Below are positions 54,916-64,000 of a DNA stretch of 64,000 nucleotides, one piece after another. Each line of letters starts with the position of its first letter. Position 1 is the first letter of the stretch. The translations under genes and the position numbers were made by a program. The notes beneath the pieces are model-generated. The model worked only from the letters and a program-made list of their open reading frames with translations, was not told where the DNA came from and made no database searches. This DNA is from Patescibacteria group bacterium (GTDB lineage Bacteria > Patescibacteriota > Microgenomatia > UBA1400 > PJMF01), in assembly GCA_049322655.1 (NCBI GenBank), contig JBMORP010000006.1, forward strand, positions 13,863 through 77,862. The letters are read 5' to 3'.

Positions 54916-56073
54916 CTAATCATTACTTATTTTTTTACTACTGAATAAATTCAAAAAAACAAAAGGTTGGAGCAAAGTATTATTGAATAGGCTGTGAATC
55001 AAAACAGTAATTAATAATATGCCCCACAATTTATCTTGTTTGTAAAATATTTTTATCCATTTGAAAGTTAGTAGGCCAAATAAAGTTAAACCAATTACTC
55101 CGGTGCCATTAATCACTAAAATTAACAGATTATCTGGTAATTGGGCGTGGTTGTTAGTGTAACTAGTTTTTTGAGCATCATTATTAAATAATCCTCTACC
55201 CCATAGCCATTGAGAGCCTTCTAAAGTAATCAAGTTTTCTTGAATATTTTCTGACCTAGCTTCAAGGGTACTTGTTCTAGCTAGATTAACACCTTCTCCT
55301 CCTGGTTTTGGTAATAGAATAATGGTTAGTAAAAAAACTATACCCAAAAAACTCCATTTAATTTTTTGGTTAGTAGTCAGCCACTGATGGGTGGTTAGCA
55401 GACCTAAGGCTAAGTAACTGGCCCTGGAAAAAGTGGCAGCAATCGCCAGAATGAGGATTGTTTGAGTTAGCCAACCGCTTTGTTGGTAGGCTGGTTTTTG
55501 ATTAATAAGTCTTTGCCATAGGCCAACGGTTAAGACCAGAATTATGCCAGTGAAAGCTGGATCAAAAATAGTACTGATTAATCGATAGTAATGATTGTCC
55601 CAGCCGAAAATATTAAGAAATCTTACATCTGGTATGGCTATATATTGACCCAATCCCCAAACTCCAATCAGTGTCCCAGCAATTAGTAGACCTAGATATG
55701 GTTGATAAGTTAACTTAACTTTTTGTAGAGCATAAACAAATAAACCATAGTCAACTAGCCGCAAGAGGTAAAGCCAACTTTTGGGAGTAATTCTTCCTTC
55801 CCACGAACCAAGCAGCATGCCAACCATAACTAAAGCTAATAAACTTAATTCTAGCCTGAACTTTGGCCAGGAAATTTTTTTGTAGTTAAAAAAATTGTTT
55901 TTGTTTTGCCATAAAAACCCAACTACAAAAATAGTAATAATAATGTCGTGAAGATAAAAAGCGATATCACCTTGAAGTTGAATTCTTTGTAATTGGCCCA
56001 AAGAAAAAACCATCCAAAATAATGTAAAAGTCAAAGTGAAAAAATTAGTGGTAATGGTTTTAATGATTTTCAT
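54916..56073 (-). CDS. O-antigen ligase/polymerase (Wzy/WaaL)-like multi-pass membrane protein
   Basis: About 10 TM helices with a large periplasmic loop; genomic context with GT2 and flippase genes. Confidence 0.5.
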   Translation of the reverse strand: MKIIKTITTNFFTLTFTLFWMVFSLGQLQRIQLQGDIAFYLHDIIITIFVVGFLWQNKNNFFNYKKISWPKFRLELSLLALVMVGMLLGSWEGRITPKSWLYLLRLVDYGLFVYALQKVKLTYQPYLGLLIAGTLIGVWGLGQYIAIPDVRFLNIFGWDNHYYRLISTIFDPAFTGIILVLTVGLWQRLINQKPAYQQSGWLTQTILILAIAATFSRASYLALGLLTTHQWLTTNQKIKWSFLGIVFLLTIILLPKPGGEGVNLARTSTLEARSENIQENLITLEGSQWLWGRGLFNNDAQKTSYTNNHAQLPDNLLILVINGTGVIGLTLFGLLTFKWIKIFYKQDKLWGILLITVLIHSLFNNTLLQPFVFLNLFSSKKISND

Positions 56074-56842
56074 AAGAAAACACTCTAACCATGATGGAGT
56101 GCAAACTCATGATTGTAGCGTAAACTAAGCCTCGCCAACCATCTAAAAAACCCAGCTTAAAAAGATAATTTACTAAGAACTTACTTTTTGGGTAAATGAT
56201 GGTTTTTAAACCCAAAACTGCGGGACTGAGTAAATCATCAGTTTGGTATTCTGCTTCTAGCTCAGCATAATGAGTGACATCTTGAATAAACTCAGAAATA
56301 TTTTGGTGGGAGTAATGAATGATCTGAATTTTACTGTATTCAGTGGTACCTTGAACGATAGCTTGTTCATGAACAGGTCTTAAATATTGAGCTTTATCTT
56401 TGCGGATAAGTCTTAAAAATTTATTGCCACCAGTTTCTCCAAATTTAAGGGCTCGGTCATAAAAAATATCAGTTCGCTCAACCAGATAACCATCAACTCC
56501 ACTATCATTAGTGACTAGAGCTGTGATCTCTGGCCAACTTGTAGGGATAATTTCTTCATCACTGTCCAAAAAGAAAATCCATTCAGAGTTGCTTTCTTTT
56601 AGAGCCAAGTTCCTTTCTTGAGAAAAATTCTCGATTAAGCCAGTTCTTTTAATTAGTTTGAAGTGATATTTTTTGGCTAGTTCTTGCCAGTTATTACCAC
56701 TTTGGTAATCAATCACTAAGACTTCAGCGGCTAGTTGGGCTGATTGTAAAGCTTTAATAAAGCGTTGATCTTGACGATGAGTTAGGATAATGACACTAAG
56801 TGGTACTTTATTTTTTATCATGAGCTCTGTGTAGTATACCAA
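56060..56842 (-). CDS. Glycosyltransferase family 2
   Basis: GT-A fold N-terminus (LSVIILTHRQDQRFIK) and DxD-type FLDSDEEI. Confidence 0.75.
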   Translation of the reverse strand: MVYYTELMIKNKVPLSVIILTHRQDQRFIKALQSAQLAAEVLVIDYQSGNNWQELAKKYHFKLIKRTGLIENFSQERNLALKESNSEWIFFLDSDEEIIPTSWPEITALVTNDSGVDGYLVERTDIFYDRALKFGETGGNKFLRLIRKDKAQYLRPVHEQAIVQGTTEYSKIQIIHYSHQNISEFIQDVTHYAELEAEYQTDDLLSPAVLGLKTIIYPKSKFLVNYLFKLGFLDGWRGLVYATIMSLHSIMVRVFSYENH

Positions 56843-58034
56843 CTAGAATAAGAGGTAAAGCAATTAATCTAGATACCAAAATACCATAGACAGCGCCAAG
56901 TAGTTGGTAACTACTTCCCCACCAAAGCAGTAAAATTATCATCAAAACCAATGAACTAAGTAGATGTAGGTTAAGAATCTTATATTGTTTTCTGGCTAAG
57001 AATAAGGCATAGCTTTGATTACTAATACTTTGGGCAATGCCAGCAAAAATTAAAGGTCTTACCAAAGGAATAACTTCTAGCCATTGTTGGCCTAGAATTA
57101 ATTTAACAAAGAATCCTGGAAAAATAATTAAGGGTAGTGAAGCAAAGCTAATCAAAGCAATTAAAGCTAACATTGAACGATAAAAAGCTCTTTGTAATCT
57201 CAGGGGTGAATCAGTTAGCATGGTAAAAGCAGGTAAGGTACTGTGATGAACAGATTTAGAAAAATCATAATTAGCCTTGTGACTTAGAGCATAACTGTTG
57301 TGGTAGATGCCCAGAGCATGAGTGCCAAATATCTTGCCTAAAATGAAATCATCGACATTTTCATTAAGATAATTAAAAACAGTTGAAAGACTGAGCCACT
57401 TGGCATTATTTAAGATTGTTTTGCCTTTTGAAGGTAGATAGTTAAATTTTGGTTTAAGTTTGAAAAAAATAAAAGAAATAATTACTTCGTAAATAGCACC
57501 AATAATTAGGGCAAAAACTAAAGACCAAACCGAGTGAGTTAAAAAACCAAGAATAACTGCAGCTAGGCTTTCAACTAAAATTAAAGAAAATCGATAAAGA
57601 CTATCTTGGAAAAATCTCATCTCTTTATGCAAAATGACAATATAAGGATTAATAAAACCTTTAATAATCGGCACTAGGGCTGCAACAGCAATCAGCATTA
57701 ATAATTGTGGCTCTTGGTAGAAGTTTTGCATGAACAGACCCATGAGCAACATGATGATGCCAATGACAAAGCCTCTAATAATGGCGACAACCCAAGCAGT
57801 ATCAATAAAGCTTTTTACAGATTGTTTTGATTGAAGAATCGTGACGTTAATTCCTGTTTGAGTCAGACTTTCGGTGATGCCCAAAGTAATAGCAGTTAAA
57901 GAAAATAGACCAAAAGCTTGAGGGTCTAAAAGCCGAGCCAAAAAGTACATTTTAATCATGGCAATCCCTACCAAGATTGCCTTGTAAATGGTTTGCCAAC
58001 TAAAACCAACTAGAGTTTTTTGTGTATAACTCAT
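56808..58034 (-). CDS. Polysaccharide biosynthesis flippase (Wzx-like, MOP/PST family)
   Basis: Twelve or so TM helices with the PST-family N-terminus (LVGFSWQTIYKAILVGIAMIKMYFLARLLDPQAFGLFSL). Confidence 0.65.
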   Translation of the reverse strand: MSYTQKTLVGFSWQTIYKAILVGIAMIKMYFLARLLDPQAFGLFSLTAITLGITESLTQTGINVTILQSKQSVKSFIDTAWVVAIIRGFVIGIIMLLMGLFMQNFYQEPQLLMLIAVAALVPIIKGFINPYIVILHKEMRFFQDSLYRFSLILVESLAAVILGFLTHSVWSLVFALIIGAIYEVIISFIFFKLKPKFNYLPSKGKTILNNAKWLSLSTVFNYLNENVDDFILGKIFGTHALGIYHNSYALSHKANYDFSKSVHHSTLPAFTMLTDSPLRLQRAFYRSMLALIALISFASLPLIIFPGFFVKLILGQQWLEVIPLVRPLIFAGIAQSISNQSYALFLARKQYKILNLHLLSSLVLMIILLLWWGSSYQLLGAVYGILVSRLIALPLILVGILHRAHDKK

Positions 58035-58110
58035 CTGAATAATTATAGGTGAATTTTATTAGGGCTGATAGTAGCTCTCATTAACAAAAAGTGGCATAAT
58101 TGTTTTCGTT

Positions 58111-58692
58111 ATGTCAAATGCTACTAAAAAAATTGGTTCCTTTTTTACTGACCTAATGGAAACAATTGTTATTTCTGCTTCTATTTTTTTGATTGTTTAT
58201 TTATTTTTTGTTCAGCCACATCAAGTTAATGGTCAATCGATGGTGCCCAATTTTCAAAGTGGTGAATATGTTTTAACTGACAAAGTTAGTTACAAAATGG
58301 GCAACCCTAAAAGAGGTGATGTGATTGTTTTTCATGCTCCAGAAGCCGCACACTGTGCAGAAGGAACGGGGTGTGATTTTATTAAGCGAGTTTTAGCAGT
58401 GCCTGGTGATACGGTTGAAGTAAAAAATAATGCTATTTATGTGAATGGCCAGCAATTACCAGAGCCATATATTCCGGCTGATTTTAAAGTTTTGCCAGGT
58501 GCTTATACAAAAAATGGTCCAGTTTTGATGGGTAGTAATGAATATTTTGTCAGTGGTGATAACAGGCCTTATTCTAGTGATTCAAGAACTTGGGGGCCTA
58601 TTACAAAGCAAGACATTGTGGGGAAGGCTTTCTTCAGGTACTGGCCCCCAGCTGTTGTTGGTCCAATCTATAGTGCTACTTATCCATTTTAA
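58111..58692 (+). CDS. lepB: Signal peptidase I
   Basis: GQSMVP (catalytic Ser), KRVLAVPGD (catalytic Lys region), GDNRPYSSDSRTWGPI. Confidence 0.85.
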   Translation: MSNATKKIGSFFTDLMETIVISASIFLIVYLFFVQPHQVNGQSMVPNFQSGEYVLTDKVSYKMGNPKRGDVIVFHAPEAAHCAEGTGCDFIKRVLAVPGDTVEVKNNAIYVNGQQLPEPYIPADFKVLPGAYTKNGPVLMGSNEYFVSGDNRPYSSDSRTWGPITKQDIVGKAFFRYWPPAVVGPIYSATYPF

Positions 58693-58734
58693 AAATGCTT
58701 AAAATTTTACTTTTCGGTTTATTGGTCAAAGGCA

Positions 58735-59493
58735 TTAGTTTCTTGGTGAGGTGGCTAAAAACTGTTCGCCAAAAGAAAAAGTTTTAGGATCAAAAATCTG
58801 CTGAGCCTGAGTGACATCATAATTATTAATTTTGGTTCTTCTTAATTCAGTCACACAAGCTCCCACTCCCAAATCCTGACCAATATCATGAATTAGCGAT
58901 CTAATATAGGTTCCAGAACTTACTGTGGTTTCGATTGAAAAATAAACCTCTTTAGTCAAAATATCTTTTTTTAGTTGGGTTAAGACTAGAGAATAAAGTT
59001 CTACGTTTCTAGTGGGCAAATCTTGTTGGTTAAGAGTTTCTCCAAGAGCTTTGTCATAAAGTTTTTGGCCAGCAATCTTAACGGCAGAAAAAGCTGGGAC
59101 AGTTTGGGTGATTTTACCTCTGAACTTAGTCAATGTTTTTTCCATAAGCGTGGAGTCAAGATATTTTAATTTTTCCCAGCTAGTTTGGTTTGTTTTTTGA
59201 CCAGTAATATCATAAGTATTAGTAGTTAAGCCAAGTTTGGCGGTACAAGAATAGGTTTTGTCCAGCTTCAAAAAAGCTGATTGGAGTTTGGTGTAGTTTC
59301 TGCCAACTAAAACAATGAGCAAGCCAGAAGCCAACGGATCTAAGGTACCAGAATGGCCTACTCTTTTAATACCAGTGATTTTTCTCATTCTATTAACTAC
59401 TCCATGACTACTAATTCCACTTGGTTTATCAATCAAAAAGATCCCTTCTGTTCCTTTAGTGGGTGGTTTCGATTGAGTCTTAGCTAGAGTCAT
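58735..59493 (-). CDS. truB: tRNA pseudouridine(55) synthase
   Basis: GHSGTLDPLASGLLIVLVGR catalytic Asp motif. Confidence 0.85.
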   Translation of the reverse strand: MTLAKTQSKPPTKGTEGIFLIDKPSGISSHGVVNRMRKITGIKRVGHSGTLDPLASGLLIVLVGRNYTKLQSAFLKLDKTYSCTAKLGLTTNTYDITGQKTNQTSWEKLKYLDSTLMEKTLTKFRGKITQTVPAFSAVKIAGQKLYDKALGETLNQQDLPTRNVELYSLVLTQLKKDILTKEVYFSIETTVSSGTYIRSLIHDIGQDLGVGACVTELRRTKINNYDVTQAQQIFDPKTFSFGEQFLATSPRN

Positions 59494-59546
59494 GAGAGAA
59501 TTATCTCTAGATATTCAGCAGAAAGCAAATTTTTGCGTTTTAAATC

Positions 59547-60503
59547 ATGACAAAACTACAAGCACAACTAGCTCGTGAATTTCCTGATTACTTATTTCAG
59601 TTTGATTTACCAATGGCTCAAAAAACCTATTTTAAAATTGGTGGTCCGGCTGAGATTTATATTGAATTAAGTGACAAAAAGCGAATTTCTGCTTTGGTTA
59701 ATTGGGCCAAACAAAATCAAGTTAAATTTAAATTATTTGGTGGTGGCAGCAACGTCATTGTGGCCGATACAGGGATTAAAGGTTTGGTGATCAAGGTTGT
59801 TTATGACCGAATTAACTTTAGTAAAGTTGGAGAACAAGGTAAGTTTTTAGTTGGAGCTGGAGTTAAAACGGCTTTGGCAGTGAGAAAAACAGTTGATTTT
59901 GGTTATACAGGTTTGGAGTACTTTTTGGGTGTGCCTGGGACAATTGGTGGAGCTGTTTACAATAATGCTCATTACTTGGAAGATTTGATCGGGCAGCACA
60001 TCACCCGGGTGGAAATTTTGAATGACGCCGGAGAGTTTGTTTGGTTAGATCAGCAGAGTTGTGATTTTGGTTATGATAGTTCAAGATTCCAAAAGACCAA
60101 AGAAATTATTTATCAAGTTGAGTTTTTATTAAATCAAGGGAATAAGGATGAATCACTAGCTTTAATTAAAAAAGCAACTGAATACCGAGCCAAAACTCAA
60201 CCACTTGGTTTGCCGAGTTCAGGTTGTATTTTCCAAAATGTGCCCAATAATCCATCATTAAAACAACAGTTTCCTCAGTTTGCTGACAGGCAACATGTAC
60301 CAGGCGGTTTTCTCATTGATCAAGCAGGTTTAAAAGGTGTTAATGAAGGTGATATTGAAGTCAGTGAAAAGCATGCAGCCTTTTTTGTTAATCATGGTAG
60401 TGGCACAGCTGAACAAGTAAAAAAATTAATAGCTAAAGTAAAATCCGTAGTTGAGGAAAAATTTTCAGTTGAGCTAAAAGAAGAAGTCTTTTGGCTAGAA
60501 TAG
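59547..60503 (+). CDS. murB: UDP-N-acetylenolpyruvoylglucosamine reductase
   Basis: FAD-binding N-terminus (FKIGGPAEIYIEL...FGGGSNVIVAD) and C-terminal substrate domain. Confidence 0.85.
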   Translation: MTKLQAQLAREFPDYLFQFDLPMAQKTYFKIGGPAEIYIELSDKKRISALVNWAKQNQVKFKLFGGGSNVIVADTGIKGLVIKVVYDRINFSKVGEQGKFLVGAGVKTALAVRKTVDFGYTGLEYFLGVPGTIGGAVYNNAHYLEDLIGQHITRVEILNDAGEFVWLDQQSCDFGYDSSRFQKTKEIIYQVEFLLNQGNKDESLALIKKATEYRAKTQPLGLPSSGCIFQNVPNNPSLKQQFPQFADRQHVPGGFLIDQAGLKGVNEGDIEVSEKHAAFFVNHGSGTAEQVKKLIAKVKSVVEEKFSVELKEEVFWLE

Positions 60504-60513
60504 AAAGAAAATT

Positions 60514-61851
60514 ATGACAAAAGGCAAAACATCTTTTGTAATTACTGGTGGCACTCCTCTAAGAGGTAGTGTCAGAGTGAGTGGCGCTAAAAATGCCTCA
60601 TATAAACTGATGGTGGCAGCTTTGCTTGGTGATGAAGAATCTAGAATTTTAAACTTACCAGCTATCTCCGATGTGGCGATGGTGGGTGAAGTAATTTCTT
60701 CTCTCGGCGCCGAAGCAAAGCCAGCTGGAGAAGGTACTTATTTAATTAATCCACAAGGTTTAAACACTTTTTCTCTTGGTAAACAATATGGTGAAGTCTC
60801 ACGTGCTTCAACTATTTTCATTGCTCCTTTACTGATTAAATTTGGTGAAGCTAGAGTGCCTATGCCAGGAGGTGACAAGATTGGCAAAAGACCTTTAGAT
60901 CGTCATTTTGATGGGCTAAAAAAAATGGGTGCTACTTTTGAACAAGAAGCTGGCATGTTAATTGTTAAGGCAGATAAATTAGTTGGTACTAGGTATAAGT
61001 TTGCTAAGAATACTCATACTGGAACCGAAACCCTAATCATGGCAGCTGTTAGAGCTGAAGGTATTACTTATTTAGAAAATGCAGCCTTGGAACCAGAAAT
61101 TGATGATTTAATTGATTTTTTAAATGGTATGGGTGCCAAGATTAGAAGAACTGCTCACAAAACTATTGAAATTCAGGGTGTTGATAAATTGGGTGGCACG
61201 ATTCATCGTGTTATGCCAGATCGTAATGAAGCAGTCAGTTATGCTTGTGCAGCCATTGCTTCAAAAGGCGATATTATTGTAGAGAATGCTCGTGAAAAAG
61301 ATTTATTAGCTTTCTTATCTAAACTGGATGACATTGGTGCTGGTTATGAAGTTGGAGATTATGGTATTCGCTTCTTTTACAAAGGTGAGTTAAAAGCTAC
61401 CGATTTAGTAACAGAAATTCATCCTGGGTTTATGACAGATTGGCAGCCACTTTGGGCAACCTTGGTTTGTCATGCACACGGTACTAGTACTATTCATGAA
61501 ACCGTGATGCAAAATCGTTTCCAATATGTTGATGTTTTAAAACAGATGGGAGCTAGAATCGAAGAATATACTCCAGAAGTTAAGACTGATCCAGATGAGT
61601 TCTATAATTTTAATTGGCAGGATCGCAAGACTAGTGATATTAGAGCTATCAAGATTATTGGTCCAACTAAGTTCCAAGGTGGTGAGTTTGAGGTTCATGA
61701 CCTTAGAGCTGGGGCTACTGTGATGTTGGCCGCAATTAGTGGTGAAGGTGAAACTATTTTGCATAATGTTGAACAAATTGAGCGAGGTTATTCCAAGATT
61801 GATCAAAAACTAACTTCAATGGGGGCAAAAATCAAACGGGTCGAAGAGTAA
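60514..61851 (+). CDS. murA: UDP-N-acetylglucosamine 1-carboxyvinyltransferase; active-site Cys replaced by Asp (PGGDKIGKRP)
   Basis: SVRVSGAKNASYKLMVAALL and MPGGDKIGKRPLDRH align with E. coli LPGGCAIGARPVDLH. GAC codon at 60874..60876. Confidence 0.9.
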   Translation: MTKGKTSFVITGGTPLRGSVRVSGAKNASYKLMVAALLGDEESRILNLPAISDVAMVGEVISSLGAEAKPAGEGTYLINPQGLNTFSLGKQYGEVSRASTIFIAPLLIKFGEARVPMPGGDKIGKRPLDRHFDGLKKMGATFEQEAGMLIVKADKLVGTRYKFAKNTHTGTETLIMAAVRAEGITYLENAALEPEIDDLIDFLNGMGAKIRRTAHKTIEIQGVDKLGGTIHRVMPDRNEAVSYACAAIASKGDIIVENAREKDLLAFLSKLDDIGAGYEVGDYGIRFFYKGELKATDLVTEIHPGFMTDWQPLWATLVCHAHGTSTIHETVMQNRFQYVDVLKQMGARIEEYTPEVKTDPDEFYNFNWQDRKTSDIRAIKIIGPTKFQGGEFEVHDLRAGATVMLAAISGEGETILHNVEQIERGYSKIDQKLTSMGAKIKRVEE

Positions 61852-61876
61852 AAAATGGGTTACAATTTAGGTAGTT

Positions 61877-62920
61877 ATGGGTTCATTAGCATTATTTTTA
61901 GGTTTATTAATTTTTTCGTTTATTAGCACCAGTATTGTGATTGTGCCTTTTATTGATTTGTTGTATCACTTGAAATTTCAAAGAGCCAAACAAGAGACAA
62001 GAGATGTTTTCGGTAAGTTAACGCCAATTTTCGATAAGTTTCATGGTAAAAAAGCCGGTGTTCCAGTTGGAGGTGGTTTATTAGTTATTTTGGTAGTGTC
62101 TATTTTGTTTGCTTTATTTTTACCAATGATGAGTTGGTTTGGGATAGATGTCACTAGTGTTTATGCTAATACCCCAGCTGAAGTTAATATTATCTTTTTC
62201 ACCTTTTTATCATTTGGTATTTTAGGACTCTATGATGATATTAAAAAGTTTTTTGGTTTTGAAAAAGAGAAATTTTTCGGTTTGAAAGCTCCTTTTAAAC
62301 TTTTTTTACAATTAACTCTGGCTACAATTATTGCTTTGATGATTTATTTTCAACTAGGGATCTCGTTTTTATACATTCCATTTATTGGTACCTTTAGTCT
62401 TGGGCTTTGGTATATTCCTTTCGCTGTTTTTGTGATTGTTTCGTTTGCTAATGCAGTTAATATTACTGATGGTTTGGATGGCTTGGCCTCTGGAGTATTA
62501 ATGATCTCTCTGTTTGGCTTATGGTTTTTATCAGCCTCTATTTTGGATGTGCCGCTTTCATTGTTTTTATCTTTATGGATAGGTTCATTAGTTTCTTTTC
62601 TTTACTTTAATGTTTATCCAGCCAGAATGTTTATGGGTGATGTTGGAGCACTAGCTTTTGGTGCTACCTTGGGAGTAGTTGGTTTGTTGTTAGGTAAAGT
62701 AGTGGCTTTGGGGATTATTGGTTTTGTGTTTGTTTTTGAAGTGGCAACATCATTGTTGCAAATCATTGCTAGGAAATTCTGGAAAAGAAAACTATTGCCG
62801 GCGGCTCCTTTCCATCTCACTCTTCAATCACATGGCTGGGAAGAGCCCAAGATTGTGCAACGGGTGTGGTTAATGCAAATCATGCTCACTTTATTTGGAG
62901 TTTGGCTAGCTGTAATTTAA
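61877..62920 (+). CDS. mraY: Phospho-N-acetylmuramoyl-pentapeptide transferase
   Basis: GVPVGGGLLVIL, NAVNITDGLDGLASG; 10 TM topology. Confidence 0.85.
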   Translation: MGSLALFLGLLIFSFISTSIVIVPFIDLLYHLKFQRAKQETRDVFGKLTPIFDKFHGKKAGVPVGGGLLVILVVSILFALFLPMMSWFGIDVTSVYANTPAEVNIIFFTFLSFGILGLYDDIKKFFGFEKEKFFGLKAPFKLFLQLTLATIIALMIYFQLGISFLYIPFIGTFSLGLWYIPFAVFVIVSFANAVNITDGLDGLASGVLMISLFGLWFLSASILDVPLSLFLSLWIGSLVSFLYFNVYPARMFMGDVGALAFGATLGVVGLLLGKVVALGIIGFVFVFEVATSLLQIIARKFWKRKLLPAAPFHLTLQSHGWEEPKIVQRVWLMQIMLTLFGVWLAVI

Positions 62921-62925
62921 GTTTT

Positions 62926-64000
62926 ATGCAACTAAGGTCATTGCCTAAATCTAAAGATAAAACTAGTTTTTCTTTGGAAAAAATTCTTTTTCCATTGAGT
63001 ATTTTTTTGGCTTTATTGGGTTTGTTTTTTGTGTTTGAAGCATCAACTACTGAAAGCTATAACTTAGTTGGTCATCAATATCATTTTTTAAAACAACAAT
63101 CAATTGCTTTATTTCTTGGTTTGACTGTCGCTGTGATTATCAGATTTTGGTCGTGGAAGTTTTGGCAACAAACATCCTTAATTTGGTTTTTAGTCGGTCT
63201 TTTATTGCTACTATTAGTGCTCATTCCAGGATTTGGAGTAGAGTTGAATGGTGCTAGAAGATGGTTCGCTGTGGGAGGACGAGTTTTTCAGCCAGTGGAG
63301 TTTTTTAAGTTTGCTTTAATTTTATTTTCTGCTCACTGGATGGCAAAAAACCCCAAGCCTCAAACTTTTATGTTTTTTACTGCTATATTTTCTCTATTGT
63401 TACTCCTTCAACCAGACATGGGATCATTATTAATTTTATTAGTGATTAGTTTTGGGATGTTTTTTTTGGCTGGTGGAAACTTGAGATTTTTAGTAGGAAT
63501 TAGTTCATTCGGAATTGCGCTTTTAACTATTGCTATCTTGTTGTCTCCATACCGCTTACAAAGATTAACTACCTATTTAGATCCAAGTAAAGATCCTCTT
63601 GGTGCTGGTTTTCATATTAGGCAAATTACGTTGGCCTTGGGTCATGGTGGCTGGTTTGGAGTAGGAATTGGCAATTCTCAGCAAAAGCATGCTTATATTC
63701 CTGAAGCTAGTAGTGATTCTATTTTTGCGATCGTCTCTGAGGAGGTTGGTTTTATTGGTTCTAGTCTAATTCTATTATTAATGATTTTTTATTTATTGAT
63801 TATTTATCGATTAGCTAGTTCTTTTCCAGAAAAAAGCTTTGAACAACTATTAATTTTTGGTATTTTTCTTTGGTTTGGAGGACAGATCCTACTTAATATT
63901 TCTGCTGTGGTGGCTCTGGTTCCTTTAACTGGTTTACCACTACCTTTTTTTTCTTACGGAGGGACCTCAATCTTGATGACCTTTATTGCAGTTGGTTTAA
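62926..64000 (+). CDS. ftsW: SEDS-family peptidoglycan glycosyltransferase FtsW/RodA (likely FtsW by mur-cluster context); 3' end truncated by window edge
   Basis: Frame translated by hand with no stop to nt 64000: GARRWF, QPVEFFKFALI, SDSIFAIVSEEVGFIGS, PLTGLPLPFFSYGGTS. Not in the ORF track because it has no stop inside the window. Confidence 0.75.
   Translation, partial: MQLRSLPKSKDKTSFSLEKILFPLSIFLALLGLFFVFEASTTESYNLVGHQYHFLKQQSIALFLGLTVAVIIRFWSWKFWQQTSLIWFLVGLLLLLLVLIPGFGVELNGARRWFAVGGRVFQPVEFFKFALILFSAHWMAKNPKPQTFMFFTAIFSLLLLLQPDMGSLLILLVISFGMFFLAGGNLRFLVGISSFGIALLTIAILLSPYRLQRLTTYLDPSKDPLGAGFHIRQITLALGHGGWFGVGIGNSQQKHAYIPEASSDSIFAIVSEEVGFIGSSLILLLMIFYLLIIYRLASSFPEKSFEQLLIFGIFLWFGGQILLNISAVVALVPLTGLPLPFFSYGGTSILMTFIAVGL

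Noticed and set aside
61855-61926. 23-codon mini-ORF starting 3 nt after the murA stop (MGYNLGSYGFISIIFRFINFFVY)
   Set aside because: It is out of frame with mraY, whose own ATG at 61877 gives a canonical MraY N-terminus. It is probably a chance ORF. It is only worth revisiting if Ribo-seq shows initiation there.

Overview
This is a gene-dense, low-GC (about 35%) stretch of a small bacterial genome read with the standard genetic code. Proteins are compact, many starts have no Shine-Dalgarno sequence, lysyl-tRNA synthetase is class I, prolyl-tRNA synthetase is the short form without an editing domain, and transketolase is split into two genes. I take this to indicate a Candidate Phyla Radiation (CPR)/Patescibacteria-like organism; that is inference only.

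Housekeeping content. A complete F1Fo ATP synthase operon (atpB-E-F-H-A-G-D-C) is followed by greA, lysK, an HD-domain gene, serS, a metallophosphoesterase, secA, a YdeN-like hydrolase, fpg and a NUDIX gene. A long minus-strand array runs lemA-htpX-gatC-(small membrane ORF)-gatA-gatB-dnaE-split tkt-ldh. Also present are proS, typA, prs, rpsU, HIT and DHH genes, a GGDEF protein, a cytidylate-kinase-like gene and an AI-2E transporter. The window ends with a glycan cluster (Wzx-like flippase, GT2, O-antigen-ligase-like protein, Ig-like membrane protein), lepB, truB and a murB-murA-mraY-ftsW cell-wall block. Ten tRNAs are present, including a five-tRNA cluster. No rRNA, CRISPR array or transposase was recognised.

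Accessory or unusual content, in order of interest.
- A consensus sigma70 promoter drives a 41-aa peptide ORF (net charge +9, five Trp, three Cys, no acidic residues) that carries the strongest Shine-Dalgarno site in the window. It is followed by an intrinsic terminator and an ABC-2 exporter pair. This looks like a candidate leaderless-bacteriocin-like locus.
- A minus-strand gene array encodes dus, a membrane-anchored HNH-like nuclease, a UvrD helicase with a C-terminal RecB-type PD-(D/E)xK nuclease, and an overlapping fusion of an Rcl/DNPH1-like nucleoside 2-deoxyribosyltransferase fold with a ribbon-helix-helix domain.
- A 2.2-kb island bounded by tRNA-Gly(CCC) and tRNA-Thr(CGT) holds a GC-enriched small membrane gene, a second small membrane gene, a 302-aa orphan protein and a 21-bp near-perfect palindrome.
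- Smaller points: a truncated ATP synthase delta subunit (74 aa), a MurA with Asp in place of the fosfomycin-target Cys, and a small membrane ORF inserted inside gatCAB.

Non-CDS coordinates may be off by 1-2 nt because I read them from the printed line indices.
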